Positions 11,791-25,364 of a DNA stretch of 64,000 bases are shown in pieces. The notes under the pieces were generated by a model that searched no databases, was not told the origin of the DNA, and saw only the letters and a list, made by a program, of their open reading frames with translations. Numbering within the stretch: the first letter of the stretch is position 1; each line of letters opens with the position of its first letter. Both the position numbers and the translations under genes were made by a program. The stretch is taken from assembly GCA_051294375.1 (NCBI GenBank), contig CM119269.1, positions 5,816,050 to 5,880,049 on the forward strand. Direction: 5' to 3'. The DNA is from Paraspadella gotoi (Eukaryota; Animalia; Chaetognatha).

Positions 11791-12503
11791 TGTAGTCGGG
11801 CATAGGGCAAAGTTCACCCGCGCTGCTAGGCCATGACAGCCGTTCAGTCCTGACACGGTGGCTCATTGAAGTAAAAGCCCGATCAAGCTCATGAACCACT
11901 AGGTACCGGGTTCAATTCCAACCCGTTACCGTACGCGCTGGGCGGGAAGTGTGAGGACGGCCGTAAGCCGCCTTGGGGTCGTGGAAAACTGTCTGCAAGC
12001 CTGGTTTTTGCCAAGCTCCAGGAGGCGCGTTTCCATAGCTGGGCTAGAGGGGATTAAAGAAAGTTAGCGGATAGTCATCTTCAGCCCACTTAGCCGCCTT
12101 ATGGCCACAGCTGGTGAGGCCCATCCTGTTGAAGGCAGTTTCGCAACCTGCTGATTCCATGGACGTGCTGAAGATTTGCTGCCCCCCTCCCCAGCTGGAA
12201 GCAGGTGCAGGGTGGGTTACAATGCTGGGGGGCCATGTAGTCGGGCATAGCAAAGTCACACCCGCCTCTAGGCATGACACCTTCAGGTCTGAGCTCGCGG
12301 TGGCTCATTGAGGTTAAGAGCCATTTCAGCTGCAATAGACCATTAGGTACCGGGGTTCAATCCAACCCGAGTACCGTTGGGGGCGTGGAAAAAGCCCTCA
12401 GCCTGGGTTCCAAGCCAGGACCGCGCGTTCCATAGCTGCTAGAGGGGGGTTACAGATGTGTACAGATAGTCATGCTTCAGCCCACTTAGCGCCTTATTCC
12501 ACA
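11791..12503 (+). mobile_element. TRIM (miniature non-autonomous LTR retrotransposon) with tRNA-like LTRs, Helenus-like
   Basis: Two homologous direct repeats TGTAGTCGGGCATAG...CCACA (11791-12109 and 12236-12503). The 126-bp interior begins with a PBS-like TGGTGAGG 2 nt after the left LTR and ends in GGGGGCCA. Each LTR carries A-box-like (GGTGGCTCATTG) and B-box-like (GGTTCAATCC/GGTTCAATTCC) motifs. Confidence 0.7.
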
Positions 12504-12697
12504 CAGATATAGATAGTATATATATCTGTCTCTCTCTCTCTCTCTCTGTCGTCTCTGCTCTCTCTCTCTCACTCCAATCATACAATTTCAACTTTTCCGC
12601 TGCCACTTCCCAGCCTCTTATTCCTCCTCTCAGTTTCCAAAAATATTGGCCAAAAAAAGGCCGTATCATCATCATCATCGTCGTCGTCGTCGTCGTT

Positions 12698-12761
<64 letters not shown>

Positions 12762-13120
12762 GTTCGAAAATCTCTCCGGGAAAAATTGAAAGATAAGAGA
12801 TCCTCCCAAATCCAAATTGATGCACGATAAGAGGGAGAAAAGAAAAAAGACTGAAAATAAAAAGAAAGAAAAGTTGTTGACAAAAAAAGAAGGAAAAACT
12901 ATACCCGCTCAATCCACTACTTGTCCCTGGAATAAGAACCGTAAAGAAAAAGTGATAAGATAAAATGAAAGGCACTTTCGTTTGGAGATTACGGACGTTG
13001 AAAAATGTAAAATTTATAAGGATTGTATTCTAAAATTTGTTTCTTTAGTATGAAACAATTTCTATATTTTGTTCTTTAACATGACAACAGATCGATAGAC
13101 CTAAGCACATCGGATCTTTT

Positions 13121-13428
13121 GAGATTGAATACAAAATATAAAAAAATAAAAAAAATAAATTTTTAGATTGAATACAAAATATGAAAAAAAAATTTTAGAT
13201 TGAATACAAAATAAAACAAAAAATAAAAAAATATTTTTTTAGATTGAATACAAAATATAAGAAAAATAAAAAAATATCTTTTTAGATTGAATACAAAATA
13301 TAAAAAAAATATAAAAATATCTTTTTAGATTTAATACCAAATATAAAAAAAATATAAAAATATATTTTTAGATTTAATACAAAATATAAAAAAAATATAA
13401 AAATATCTTTTTAGATTTAATACAAAAT
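13121..13428. repeat. About 42-bp AT-rich minisatellite, 7-8 copies
   Basis: Unit TTTTAGATTGAATACAAAATATAAAAAAAATAAAAAAATAT. Confidence 0.85.
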
Positions 13429-13529
13429 AAGGTAAGTAAATCGTCTTAAAAGTCCGATTTAAGCCGAATTAAGGATTATCGGGCTTTCGCAAAAATTGCA
13501 GCAACACACCCGAGAAAGAGGGACAGCTC

Positions 13530-13588
<59 letters not shown>

Positions 13589-14334
13589 AAAGCGAGAGAG
13601 ACGGAGTCGATGGTCAAATGTCAAATATCTCGTCCAAAGGCCTTTCCTGATTCTTTCCAATTTTCTAAAATCCTTAAAGTTGGAAGATGAAGTCTTTTCC
13701 TCGTCCGCCTTCGTGACTCGCCATGTCACATCATGTCACATCATGTTACATCATATCATGTCACGTCAGGTCATTTAGTGTCTATCAAGAATGGACATTC
13801 GTCATTCATTATGCAGAATTAATTCCGTCTAGGGAATCATTCGATTGCAAGACTTATTATTATCTTGATTAAAATTTGTTTAAGTGTGCTAGCGATAAAT
13901 TTTTTTTAATGAATCCCAAAATTCCTATTAAAATTGAAAAAAAATTTTTTCTTCTTCTTGGTATTGCAAATAAATTCGCCACCTATAAACACCATCATCA
14001 TCATCATCTTAGCCGTCGTCGTCGTCGTCGTCGTCGTCGTCNNNNNNNNNNNNNNNNNNNNNNNNNNNNNNNNNNNNNNNNNNNNNNNNNNNNNNNNNNN
14101 NNNNNNNNNNNNNNNNNNNNNNNNNNNNNNNNNNNNNNNNNNNNNNNNNNNNNNNNNNNNNNNNNNNNNNNNNNNNNNNNNNNNNNNNNNNNNNNNNNNN
14201 NNNNNNNNNNNNNNNNNNNNNNNNNNNNNGGGGAGGAACGCGCGAGCAAAATGTTCTTTTTCCAACCATAAAATTTCCCATTCCTGCTCTAATTATTAGA
14301 TGGAGGAATGGGGAAAAGGGAACAGGAGAAAGAT

Positions 14335-14358
14335 GGATAGATAGATAGATAGATAGAT

Positions 14359-14438
<80 letters not shown>
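14335..14438. repeat. (GATA)n microsatellite
   Basis: Direct observation. Similar tracts occur at about 540-645 and 62757-62815. Confidence 0.95.
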
Positions 14439-14440
<2 letters not shown>

Positions 14441-14702
14441 AGAGAGACAGAGATAGAGAGATAGAATCTGGGAGTGAAATTTGACATTTCCCACCGTTTT
14501 TCATCGGTCTCGTCATAATGTTTGTCTCTGTTTATTCAATTAAATCACTCAATTGCTCCGTCTGTCAATCAGTCCGTCAATGATCCAATCACTTAACCAC
14601 ATCCTCATTTCCACCAGCGCCACACGAGCGCCACCTTTATCCGACTCGCTCTCATTATCGTTTCCAGCTCATGAAACCCGATACCATTTTACAGGCACGC
14701 CT

Positions 14703-14736
<34 letters not shown>

Positions 14737-14786
14737 TAGTCTCCTCCCACGGCGTTTGCCTCTAAATCGGCGGAACGTTTCTCTTC

Positions 14787-14853
14787 CACTTCCGGTCACG
14801 CGCCGACTTTTTTGGAGAATCTCCCAAGCGACGTGTCGCCGGGTCCCGCCCCC
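14787..14853. promoter_or_regulatory. CpG-rich promoter-like patch with ETS and GC boxes
   Basis: CACTTCCGGT (ETS/GABP-type) at 14787 and CCCGCCCCC at 14845. No gene was linked to it. Confidence 0.3.
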
Positions 14854-16749
14854 CCAACAAAAAAAGGAGGCGCGGAAAAAAANNNNNNNNNNNNNNNNNN
14901 NNNNNNNTCGGAGAAAAAAAGGTTTTCGGTGAGGATCTGGCTCCGGGGTGTGGGGCATGGGGATGTGATAGTGGTTTGGTGGGATGATATGAAAGGAGTA
15001 TGTATGAGGAGAGAGAAGAGTGAGAGAGAGAGATGAGTAGAGAGAGAGATGAGAAGGGAGAGGGAGTTTCGTGGGCTGGGCCAATAGATATGTCGAGTCG
15101 GGGCGCTGCGGGCGAGGAAAAAAGTGAAGAAGAGCTCTCCTCTCGGTGGGCCTGAGAAAAAAGGTGAGGCGTGCAAAGCATGATATATTTTGTGAATTTA
15201 GCTCTAATTTATTATTTAGTTTATGTGAATGAGAATATGCCAAAATGATTAGACACTGAAACTTGAAATCCCTTTGGCGATGTAATTAAGAGTAAGAAGT
15301 ATTTAGTCACCAAGGTGATGAACACTATATAATAAACTTATAATCAATAAGAAGCAATATAAAGTCGCTTTCGAGCAAGCGAGAGCAATACTGCAAGCAT
15401 CTCTACCATGGGTAGCTTATGCTGTTCAGCTTGAACATGAGCTAATAAACTTGCTGTTAGCGTGGAACTCGCCTTTTTGGGTCCAGTTAGAACCGGTGAG
15501 GGCGTGCAACCTAGAGAGGCTCTGCGTCGAATTCAGATTCGTACGGTAGAAACGGAATGTTGTTGACAGAGGACGTTTATCGTGTTTAGTCAGATTAAGG
15601 ACTGCTTACTTCTGGTTAGGAATATCTTTTCGAGGAGGGTAAACCCGGCTAACTTCGCGGAATCCGAACATCTTCTGTCCTACGCCTGACGCCTGAAACG
15701 CATAATGCTTGACGCCTGAAACCTGAAGTCTGAGGCCCGTCAATCTCACGGAGACTCGAAAAATGGTTTTTCGTAATCGATTCTTGAAAACAAAATCATA
15801 AAAATAAAATGAAAGAAAATTTAAAGAAAAAATAAATTGGAAATGGAAAGAATAAAAAAATGAATAAAAGGAAATAAATGGAAAAGAAAAGACGGAGAAA
15901 TAAAAGAATAAAGAAAGAGAAAGAAAGAGAGAAAGAGAGAGTAGAAGGGATGAAAAGTAGAGGCTAAGATTGGGGGCGATGAGAGCTTAGGAGAGTTATG
16001 TATGACGAGAGTATTGATTGACGCACGGATGATGATGAGAGAGTATTGAGGAGAGGCGAGAGAGAGACGCATGCACGAGACTGAGGAGCAATTAACCAGA
16101 GATCATCTTTCTCCGGCTACTTCAAATCTTGAGGCCGATCCACGCTGGATGACGACTTAATGGAAAGATGCTGGAACTCGATTTCCATGCAAAAAGCGCT
16201 TCTCGATATTGAGAGGAGAGTGGCATGTAATAGTGGGGCACTCTCGCTCGCACCGCACTCGCACGCACCGCGCACGCACGCGACGCACAGGAGGAATTGA
16301 TGATTGAGAGTGTACGTAGCACGCACTGTATGGACGAGCGAAGAGAAGCAGAGAGGCAGAACGTAGAGATGATGGAGTATCCGCAAGATCGTATAGGAAG
16401 GAGTCAACATGCGTTCTGCATGAGAAAATTATCAGTAGACACGTATAAACGAAATTTAATCGATCAGTTTCAAACGGTTCAACCGCGTACGCAACTAATT
16501 GCTCAAGAAATAAGGAATTCAGAATTAATTGAACAAATAATTAATCTATAATTTATTTAATTAATTAATCTTTGAGTTATATAGTTAAGTATATAATCCA
16601 CGTAAGCCTCTTATTTGGAGAAGAGAATGACCAATGTCTCTCGACCTGCTGCAGTATATTTTTGCTGCTCATGTATCACTCTCAAGATCATCTCCTCTCT
16701 CTCTCTCTCTCTCAGTTCTATCGACACTACTTAGACGATCTCTCGCATA

Positions 16750-19690
16750 ACAAACTCTTTTCACAACGTTTCTCGGTTCTACCCACGTCCTCCAGGTCTT
16801 TCCCGGAGAGATTTCGTCCAGAATTTGCCTCTGGAGGAACGTTGACTGCAGCGTGTTTTACTCCCCACGATATCCCGTCACAATGGGCAGCTATGTTTCA
16901 TGTTCCACTCCAGTCTGTGGGCCATCCTGGCCTCCAGCCGATAGGGTTGTCGTAACTGGTTTGGCACAGGAGGTCTGAGAGATTTGACCTGGTGGAAGCA
17001 TTGCCAAGTCATATTCACTCTGAAGCAATTGGATGCTCGTGTGGCTATATGACTGTTCCAACGTAATTTGACACGCTAATCTGGGTCTTGTCGCGGTTTC
17101 TGTCGCGTATAGTAGAAAATTCAATTGTTATTGCGGCCGAGAGATCACCACGACAGAATTAATTAGCCATTTGAGCGTTTTGCAAAAGGTTTCGTCGTTC
17201 ATTCAGTTTAGGTCTTGACCTGCGCCGCGATATGTCCTGGTTTCTCTTGCATCCGAGTCATAATAATGTAGTCTCACGTTTATACGAAATATGCAAACTA
17301 ATTATTATACGTTTTCCTTGTCTCCTGTGAGAACGATGCAGCACTTTTCAATAAACTCCAGATATCGATTTGGAGGGCGGCCTTTTTGACGGGATTCCCT
17401 GATGGACGAATTTTGGTTTATGGAGAGATCCTCTCACTTTTGTTGTTAACCCAGGTCTACTCTGTAGTTGAGGAACCCCTCTTTGCAGTCCAATGTAATC
17501 TGATTCTCTCCAACACATCTCGATAATTCCCATACTTACGTCTCCATGACCAAGTTTGAGCTTTTTTCCTCTGAGGCTAGGTCGACGTCCTTAAATGGCT
17601 TTTTAAGAAAAGCTTCTTTTCCCCGGTCGTGCGTGCTTTTGTTTTCTTCTCTTTTGTCGAGCTTGTCCTCTACTGCTTTTCGAGTTCTCGTTTGTTTCAT
17701 CTCTTTTGGCTTATTTGAATGTACTATGGTTGTTGCTTTTGCTGTGGGTATTGTGATTCCTTTCTGTAACCTTCTCTTGAGAAAGAAGGCTCTTTCCTGT
17801 TAGAATAGCCTGTATGGTCGGCTGTGTCGTCAGTCCTCGGGTGTATTTCAGTTTTTGCTGCATTGGTGATCAAGGGGCGCGCGTGTTCCCAGTGACCCGG
17901 CTCAGCGTTTAATTCTATCCCGTCTTTAGTTGATCACCTTCCCGCGATGTATATCTTAATCATCATTTTCACGGCCATCGATGATCATCGCGTCCCGGTT
18001 AGAGTTTTTCCAGTAAGGGGGCTTATTGTTGGACCGTTAACTTAATCTTTCCATTTGGAGATCATTTCGGCGTGTAAAAGGCAAGGTTGTTGAGTTCGTC
18101 TAATGTTTCTCGTGCAAGCCATCTTGGCCGCTTTTCAGCGCCTCATTACTTGTTTTTCGAACAAGTGTGTGATTGGTTTCTTATCCATTGAGGCTAGTTT
18201 TGCAAATCTTGACCTTTTGTTGGACGGTTGTACCACCCAGAGTTGGTTTGGGCGGCCTGGGTTTGTGATGGCGGTTCCAAATGATTATGCTCATTGTCGG
18301 TTTTCATCCCAGCCGAGAACATAGAAAGATTGTTCGTAATACAGTTCTGAAACATCACTTTAAGTTTGATTCTTTCTGTCAAGGTGATGTTTCCAGTGGC
18401 CGTGGATAATCGTCAGCGGCGTTTCGTGGTGATACGGCTAGAACAATCCCCACTTTTCTACGAATTTCTTGGCACTTGTGTTGATTTGAGCCGGCCGGTA
18501 TCATATAACGCAAAGCAGCTAGCAGGCGCCCCCGCGATTTACCCGCTGGATTGTAGCTATTCCGTCCGTGGTGTGGCAAGCGAGGTTGTGTCGTCCCTGG
18601 GTTCGGTCCGGGTCCTTCTTGTATGTGCTGGCGTATGACCTCCGGAAGGCCAGGCAAGTCCGTTCGTCCCTGTAAGGTCCCAGGCTTTGGTCTTTACAAG
18701 GTAGAAAGGTTTCTGGCTGGTGACATACTTCGAGTCTCTCGTCTTATTGTCGGCCTGGTGGTATGCGATTCTCCACTTTGTTTCGCCCGCTATTAGCAAT
18801 ATGTGGGGTTGTTTTTGCTGCCGGCTTTGGCCTCACAGTTTCCTTAAGGCCTAACCTTTCCCTCGTTTTGCTGGGTTTGGCCTTTTCTTTTTTGTGGGTG
18901 GGGAAAATAGCGATCGGGAGAAAACCCGGTCTGTGTGATGGGTTGATTGGTCGGTTTGATTTCGGTGAGTTAGTACTTGTTGGAGTTGGGAAAGTCGAGT
19001 CATTTGATTTGGTTCGTGACTTGTTGTATTTAATTTCCGACTGGTTTGGATGATTGGATGACTTGGATCCTTAGTTATTTTGTTATTTTTCCCCAGCGCT
19101 CCTTGGCGAGTTTTGCCCAATTTCGTTTGTTGGGCGTCGTCGGGGCGGAGACCCCGCTGCGGGACTATATCGCTTGCCGCTACGCCTCATTAACCTTGGC
19201 GCAGGGCTTTCGAGTCTCGAGATGATGGCTTTTTTTTCCAGCCACATCCTGCGAGGGGCACTCTTTTCCAACGCCATCTTGTGGATGAAGTTGTTGCGAG
19301 AGCAATTTCTGATGGCGTCTCAGCTATGGGGAGATTCTCAGGGTTCCCATGAACCAGCGCGTTGCGAGAGAAAAAGTCTGGCGCGTGACCCATCATCGGT
19401 AAGTTGGAAGAGAAACGTTTGCTTGTATGTCATCTGTACCGACCGCCCCTTAGTGTATTTAGAGGTCAAGATCGTCCCGTGGGGAGGAGCACCTTGTAAG
19501 CTGGGCCACGGGGCCAAGGTGGCCTTTAGGGGCTCTGTGGTTTGTGTTTGGGCGTCGTGACAGTGGGGCTTTCTGTAAATGGCGAGGGCCTGGGTGTTTA
19601 GATGCGGGGCCATCACTTTCTCTCCAAGCTCCTTGTAGGTACTTTAGCTGTTGTTGGTAGTCTTTGTTTTTCTATCTCCATCCTTTTTTG
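16750..19690 (-). mobile_element. Degenerate Ty3/Gypsy-like LTR retrotransposon relic (gag, protease, start of RT)
   Basis: Non-repetitive region that is A-rich on the minus strand. Minus-strand translation across indels gives retropepsin-like ALYDTG/AQINT..KKFVEKWGL (about 18445-18510) and an RT N-terminal-like RPYRL (about 17806-17820). Many stops and frameshifts; boundaries approximate. Confidence 0.6.
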
Positions 19691-20430
19691 TTATGACACG
19701 GTTGTAATTAAAAATCGTATGTCAATCAGGATCAGAAGCAGAGGTCAAATATAACAGCATGGGTTAAATCTACATTGTCTCTCCTCTTTTTCCGAAATTT
19801 TTGACTTTTTTCTTCCTTTTTTCCTCGTCGCGCCAGCTTGGCTTTTTTGTCGTATCTTCTTTTATTCTTCCAGCGGCGATTTTGTAGGAATCTTTTTTTC
19901 CTTGATCCCTGTTTGGGCTGCGTCGCTCCCCGGCGTTCGTAGCGGTCCCTCGACGATCGGTGTTTGAAACGTCCGTGTCTCCCAACTCCTTTTTGAGCTC
20001 CTTCACATCAAATCTGTATCTTACTTTTCTTTTCTCTCTTTTCTTTTCCCTACTCTTTATTTCTTTTTCACTCTGGTCATTTGGCTCCATTCTTAACTCC
20101 CTTTCTTTTTTTTTATCCTTCTTTTTTCATCTTTTCTTTCATTTCTTGTTTCTTTTCTTTCCTAACTCTTATCTCTCCATTGATCTGAGCCGCGATGAAT
20201 TTTGATGATGAAGCAACTGATTTAGCGACGAAAGAACTAAATCTCTTTAACCGAATCTCCTTCTCTATACATCTCGGTCTCACTCTCTCTTCATTTTTCT
20301 CACCCTCTCTCTGTCTCTCTTTTTATTTCTTTCCCTCTTTTTCTTTTTATCTTACTGTCGAATGTCCATTTCTTGTTTTGTTTTGTTGCTTCTCTTTTGT
20401 TCCCCAATGATTTTTAAAAGTAGAGAATGG

Positions 20431-20470
<40 letters not shown>

Positions 20471-22332
20471 AAAGTTTAATCAGCAAATACTCTTCTTTGT
20501 ATCGAAACGCGAAAAAAAATTCAGGATTTTAGAGTCTGAGACGGAATTCATCGAAGAAAACAACTAAAAAAAAAAACAACTCCAAGTCTTTTAATTTCCC
20601 AGCAAAGATCGAACAAAAACATATATAGACATGAAGAATAACTGCATTGAAGAACTACATTGTCAACTACATTGTCAACTACGTTTCAAAGCGCTGATGA
20701 AGATTGGTAAACCAAAGTCGAATCATATACAAAAATAAAAGCAATCCATGTTGAATTAAAAAATATTTTCTTTTTTCTCTCATCTGAAGAATAACTAAAA
20801 ATAGAATCCCTGTCACCGCATTCACTCCCTTAATAAGTGGCCCTTATCCGCCTCGCTACTTCTTCACATCCACCGCCGACTCCGGCAAAATTCGTCTTAT
20901 ATTTAAGACCTTTTCGTCGTCATTTAAAAAAAACGCTACCCCCCGTCTCGGTTCGGTTTCGGTCAGTCAGTCGTTGTTTTAAGAAGCTCGCCCAGCCCAG
21001 TCCCCTTCACCCACACCGCTCTATGCCTCTACAGACCCTCCACATTAGAAAGGACCCTTTAAAGTCGAGTCTTTTTGACTTTCGTTCTCGACTTTCATTC
21101 TCCGATTTAAGGCCACTTTTCCACTTTTACGACCTTTTTCTTCTCGTTTCAAGCCTCGTTCTTCACGACCGTATGCACATTTCGGAGCCTCCCTTCCCCC
21201 CCCCCTTAAAAAGCAGCTCTTTTTTTTTCAAGGACGCCCCCCTCAGGGAGTGCGAGGGGGAAAGTAGCCCTCTGGCAGTGGTGAAACCTCACACGCAGCA
21301 AACCCTCGCGCGTCATCGAGGTGTGGAGAAGTCTCCTCATCCTTCATCTCATTTTTTTTTTATTTTTCACGATTCATTTGCATCCGCAATTTATGCGCCT
21401 CATTTTCGCTGGCGCCGGGTTGACCTTTGACATCCGGGAGAGTCTGACCTTCGGGGTTTGACCCTGAAAACTTTTTTGTGTTTGGGTTGGAGAGCGAAGG
21501 GGGGGGGGCGGAAACTTATTAGGAGGCCGAGAGAGAAAACGCTTTTTCTTTTTCGGGGGAAAAAATAATTTATGGGAAAGTCGACGTCATTTTTTTCCCC
21601 CGAAAAGGCAAAGTTATTGTAAACTTTGTCGGGGCTAATTCGTGGCGTAATTTTGTATTACTTTTTACTTTTTTTAGGTTGTAAACATTTTTTTACATTT
21701 ATTAATGACATTATATTATTTGTTTGGCTTCCATTTTTCTATGTTTTGCATTTTAATTTTAAGTGAAGATTCTGTAGAACAATTTTTAAACTAACAGGAA
21801 GAGAAAATTAATTAAAAGATGCGGAAATTTTTTCTGTCGCCCTTTGACAAAAATTTGAAGGAAAAACGGAAAAAAAAAATGTTTTACGATGTCGAGCATC
21901 GAAAAAGTAATTAAGGAATATTAATGTAGGCAACGAATACCTTAATCTACAACGACATCGTAAGGATCGTTAAAATTTTCTTAAACAGAACGTTGTAGTT
22001 AAGATATAACTAACATTTAACTAAACGTAGAGAGAGAGATGGGTCATGAGAAGAAAGAAGTCAGAACCGAGCTCAATGTTTGTAGATTGCCGTGACGGAG
22101 GATCTTTTCTTCTCCCTCTCTCTCTCTCTTTCTCTCTCTCTCTCGCCATCTGGTACCAAGGCCGCTTGACCCTCAAGGACTTTGGTTATTACTATGCAAT
22201 TCACAGAACTTCGTCAAGACGAAAACATTTCTTCTCTCTCTTTTCTTTTGCTCTCTTTTTTCATTCAATCTCTCTCTCTTTCTCTCTCCCTTCTATTTTT
22301 GTTTAATCTCTCTCTCTCTCTCTCTCTCTTTC

Positions 22333-22370
<38 letters not shown>

Positions 22371-22829
22371 ACTCTCTCTCTCTCTCTCTCCTTACAATTT
22401 TTGTAAACGTCTGTAACAATAGTCAATCCTCCCAAATCTCTCCCTCTCTCCCTCTCTCTCCCTCTCTCCCTCTCTTTCTGGATCCAAGACGGTTTTGTCC
22501 CTGAGGGACATTCATTTGGACTATGCAATTCACAAGGCTTTGTGTGAAGCTGAGATCTTTTTTTTTCTCTCTTTCTTACTTTTTCTCTCTCCCTTTCTCC
22601 TTTCCCCCCACTTACTGTCTCTCTATCTTTCTACATAACTAAACGAGTTACCACGTCTCCCCTCGGCTCTCCCTTTTCTTTTCTTTCTCTTTCTTCTCTA
22701 TATACCGTCCCATTTCGCAGTTAGCCTATTTTTTATTGCCAGAATTTTTTTTTGGGCCTCGTTTTTTGAGTCTTCGAGATGATTTTTGTGATAAACTCGA
22801 GAACTTGAGGCAAAAATTTTAAGATATCG

Positions 22830-22871
22830 ATCATCATCATCATGGTCATCGTCATCATCTTCATCATGATG

Positions 22872-22929
<58 letters not shown>

Positions 22930-22930
22930 C
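22830..22930. repeat. (ATC)n microsatellite
   Basis: Direct observation. Confidence 0.95.
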
Positions 22931-23877
22931 ACACACCGAACAATCTCACCTACCAGCTTCATCGATCACTTTAGCCGTCACCTCGTTTATCACAATCGCT
23001 TATCACCTTTATTGAACGCGATTTTCCTCTCACCCGCTTTTTTTTTTATCATCAGCGTCATCTATCAGCGTTCACCGAAATCTGGCGGCGGAATAGAAAA
23101 ACGACGGGAGTCTTCGAAGCAAGCAAAGGACGCAAGCAAAAGTGGACGTAGAACGAAGGAGGCAAGCAACGAAAACGAGAGAAAAGACGACGACGATCGA
23201 ATTTTGGAAAAATTAGTCTCGGCCAATCAAAATAGCTCGAACAAGCAATTAGTCGAAAATTCGATCGTCTTCTCCGAGAGATTGGGCAAGCATCCGAGTC
23301 CGTTCGTCCGTCTGATGTCCGGAGAGATTTCATTCAAATTGTGATATACATATCTCGATCGCTATCCACTTTTCGCTTCGCTAATGGCCGCGCGAGAAAT
23401 AAGAGAAGAAAAAGCAAATCCGACCAAAAAGGCGGAATGAGAAATGAGAAAAGACGAGCGGACAGCGTGAATCTATTTTTGAGCTCGAAGACGTCGCGTC
23501 GTGAATCTTATACGTTAGGAGTTAGGTATCATTGTATCATTGTATATCATTGTATCATTGTATATTGTAAAAAGAAATTCTACCGTTAACTTTTAGGTTT
23601 TGTCGTGTTTTCCCGAAGCACGATTAAATTCTGGAAAAGTTTTGAGTACGAACGTTTGAAATAATGATGTAAAGCAATTTGACAGTTAAGTCAATTTAAC
23701 AGTTAAGTTAATTTGAAAGTAAAGCAATTTGACAGTTAAGTCAAAAGTAAGGCATCGTGAGATGTTGAACGAAAGTTTTTACAACTGACGTTTCCTTTTT
23801 CGATCGTTGCCAAAAAAAAATTGTTCTCAAGGATCCTTTTCTTCTCATGTCCTACTTTCGACGCTAATGTCTTCTCT

Positions 23878-23972
<95 letters not shown>

Positions 23973-24700
23973 ATGGAAAACCGGTCGCCGTCATCAATGA
24001 CCCCCGCGTCATGTGACCTTTCGGGGTCATTTGACCTCAAATTCAGTTTAAGGCTCAGACTCCAGAAAAAGTTGCTCTAACAAATGACGTTGGATCTTTT
24101 TAAGGTGATGGTCCGGAATTGGGCTCGACGATGGCGGACGGAATGTGTTGCTCGGCCAAACACTTTTCTTTAATACATAAACCGGGACGTTAAAGCCGAA
24201 AGTAAAAAGTAGACAAATATCGAATTAGGGACTCGCGTTAAGAATTAATATAGATTCTATAATAAATGTTTAAATCCATTTTCACCCATAAGACAATAGA
24301 AAAGACATAAGATATATAAATAGAGAAGTTAAAAAACATTCTAAAAGACCGACATAAGAAAAACGTAGCAATTATTGAATTTATTTTAATATTAATTATA
24401 ATAATTAATCTATCATCGAAAATCTTATTCGACTGACAAATCAAACTGATTCGTCGTATCAATTCACTGCGAAAGTCCTTCAAAATCTTAATCTTTCAAA
24501 ATCAGTCGCGGAGATAAAAAAAAAAATGCTAAAGTTCTTTCGCTCTCCTCCCTCGGGTTTTTTTTATTTAAAAATCGAAGTTCCTGTTTTTTTCAAATGT
24601 GTTGCGTCAATAAACATGAAAACAATGTGTTCTTTTGCAAACCAAAATGATGTCATGTTAATTTTCATCATAAATTCGTAATAGTATAAAAAGATAAACT

Positions 24701-25278
24701 ATGGAATCAGAGAATGAACCCAGGGATTCGTTGCTACAATTTACAGGTACACGTTTGTTTTTGTTTTTTGTTTTTTTTATTCGATTGTGATTCGTTACGA
24801 TAAGTCAACAGTAAAAAAAAAGCTAAAAAAGCTATATTGATAAATGTCAGAAAGAATTAACGGGCGTTCTTTTACGAAACTTTTTGTCACCTCGAGTTTT
24901 TAAAAAACCTGACATACGTACATTATAAAGAATAAAATATTTTTCAAATTTAATTCATTAAACTAAAAAAAGATACTTTCGAAGCAAAAATATATAAAAA
25001 AATTATGACAGACAGTTATTTAATTTTTAATTAAACATATTTAAAAATGTCTCAATCCGTTGCTCAATCAAACAAAAACCACTCCACAGGGCTCTTTCTG
25101 GAGCACCACATTTTCCTCCTCCTCCCTCCTCCTCTCTTCTTCTCCTCCTCCTCCTCCTCCTACTCCTTGTCCTCCTTCGCTTCACTTCACCTCAATTCGA
25201 TTTCACAGCAAAGTCTCGCTGATTAATTGATGTCGCGATTCAAATGCTTAAACGTGTTAAATTCAAACCAAAAGAGTT

Positions 25279-25364
<86 letters not shown>

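Noticed and set aside
12294-12373. Functional tRNA gene
   Set aside because: Anticodon and T stems pair poorly, there is no oligo-T terminator, and it is embedded in an LTR-like repeat.
15281-15670. Solo LTR (TG...CA with TATA and AATAAA)
   Set aside because: No TSD and no second copy in the window, so it is unsupported.
21418-24040. Nuclear-receptor half-site clusters (TGACCT) near 21420-21465 and 24013-24037
   Set aside because: Short motifs expected by chance, with no independent support.
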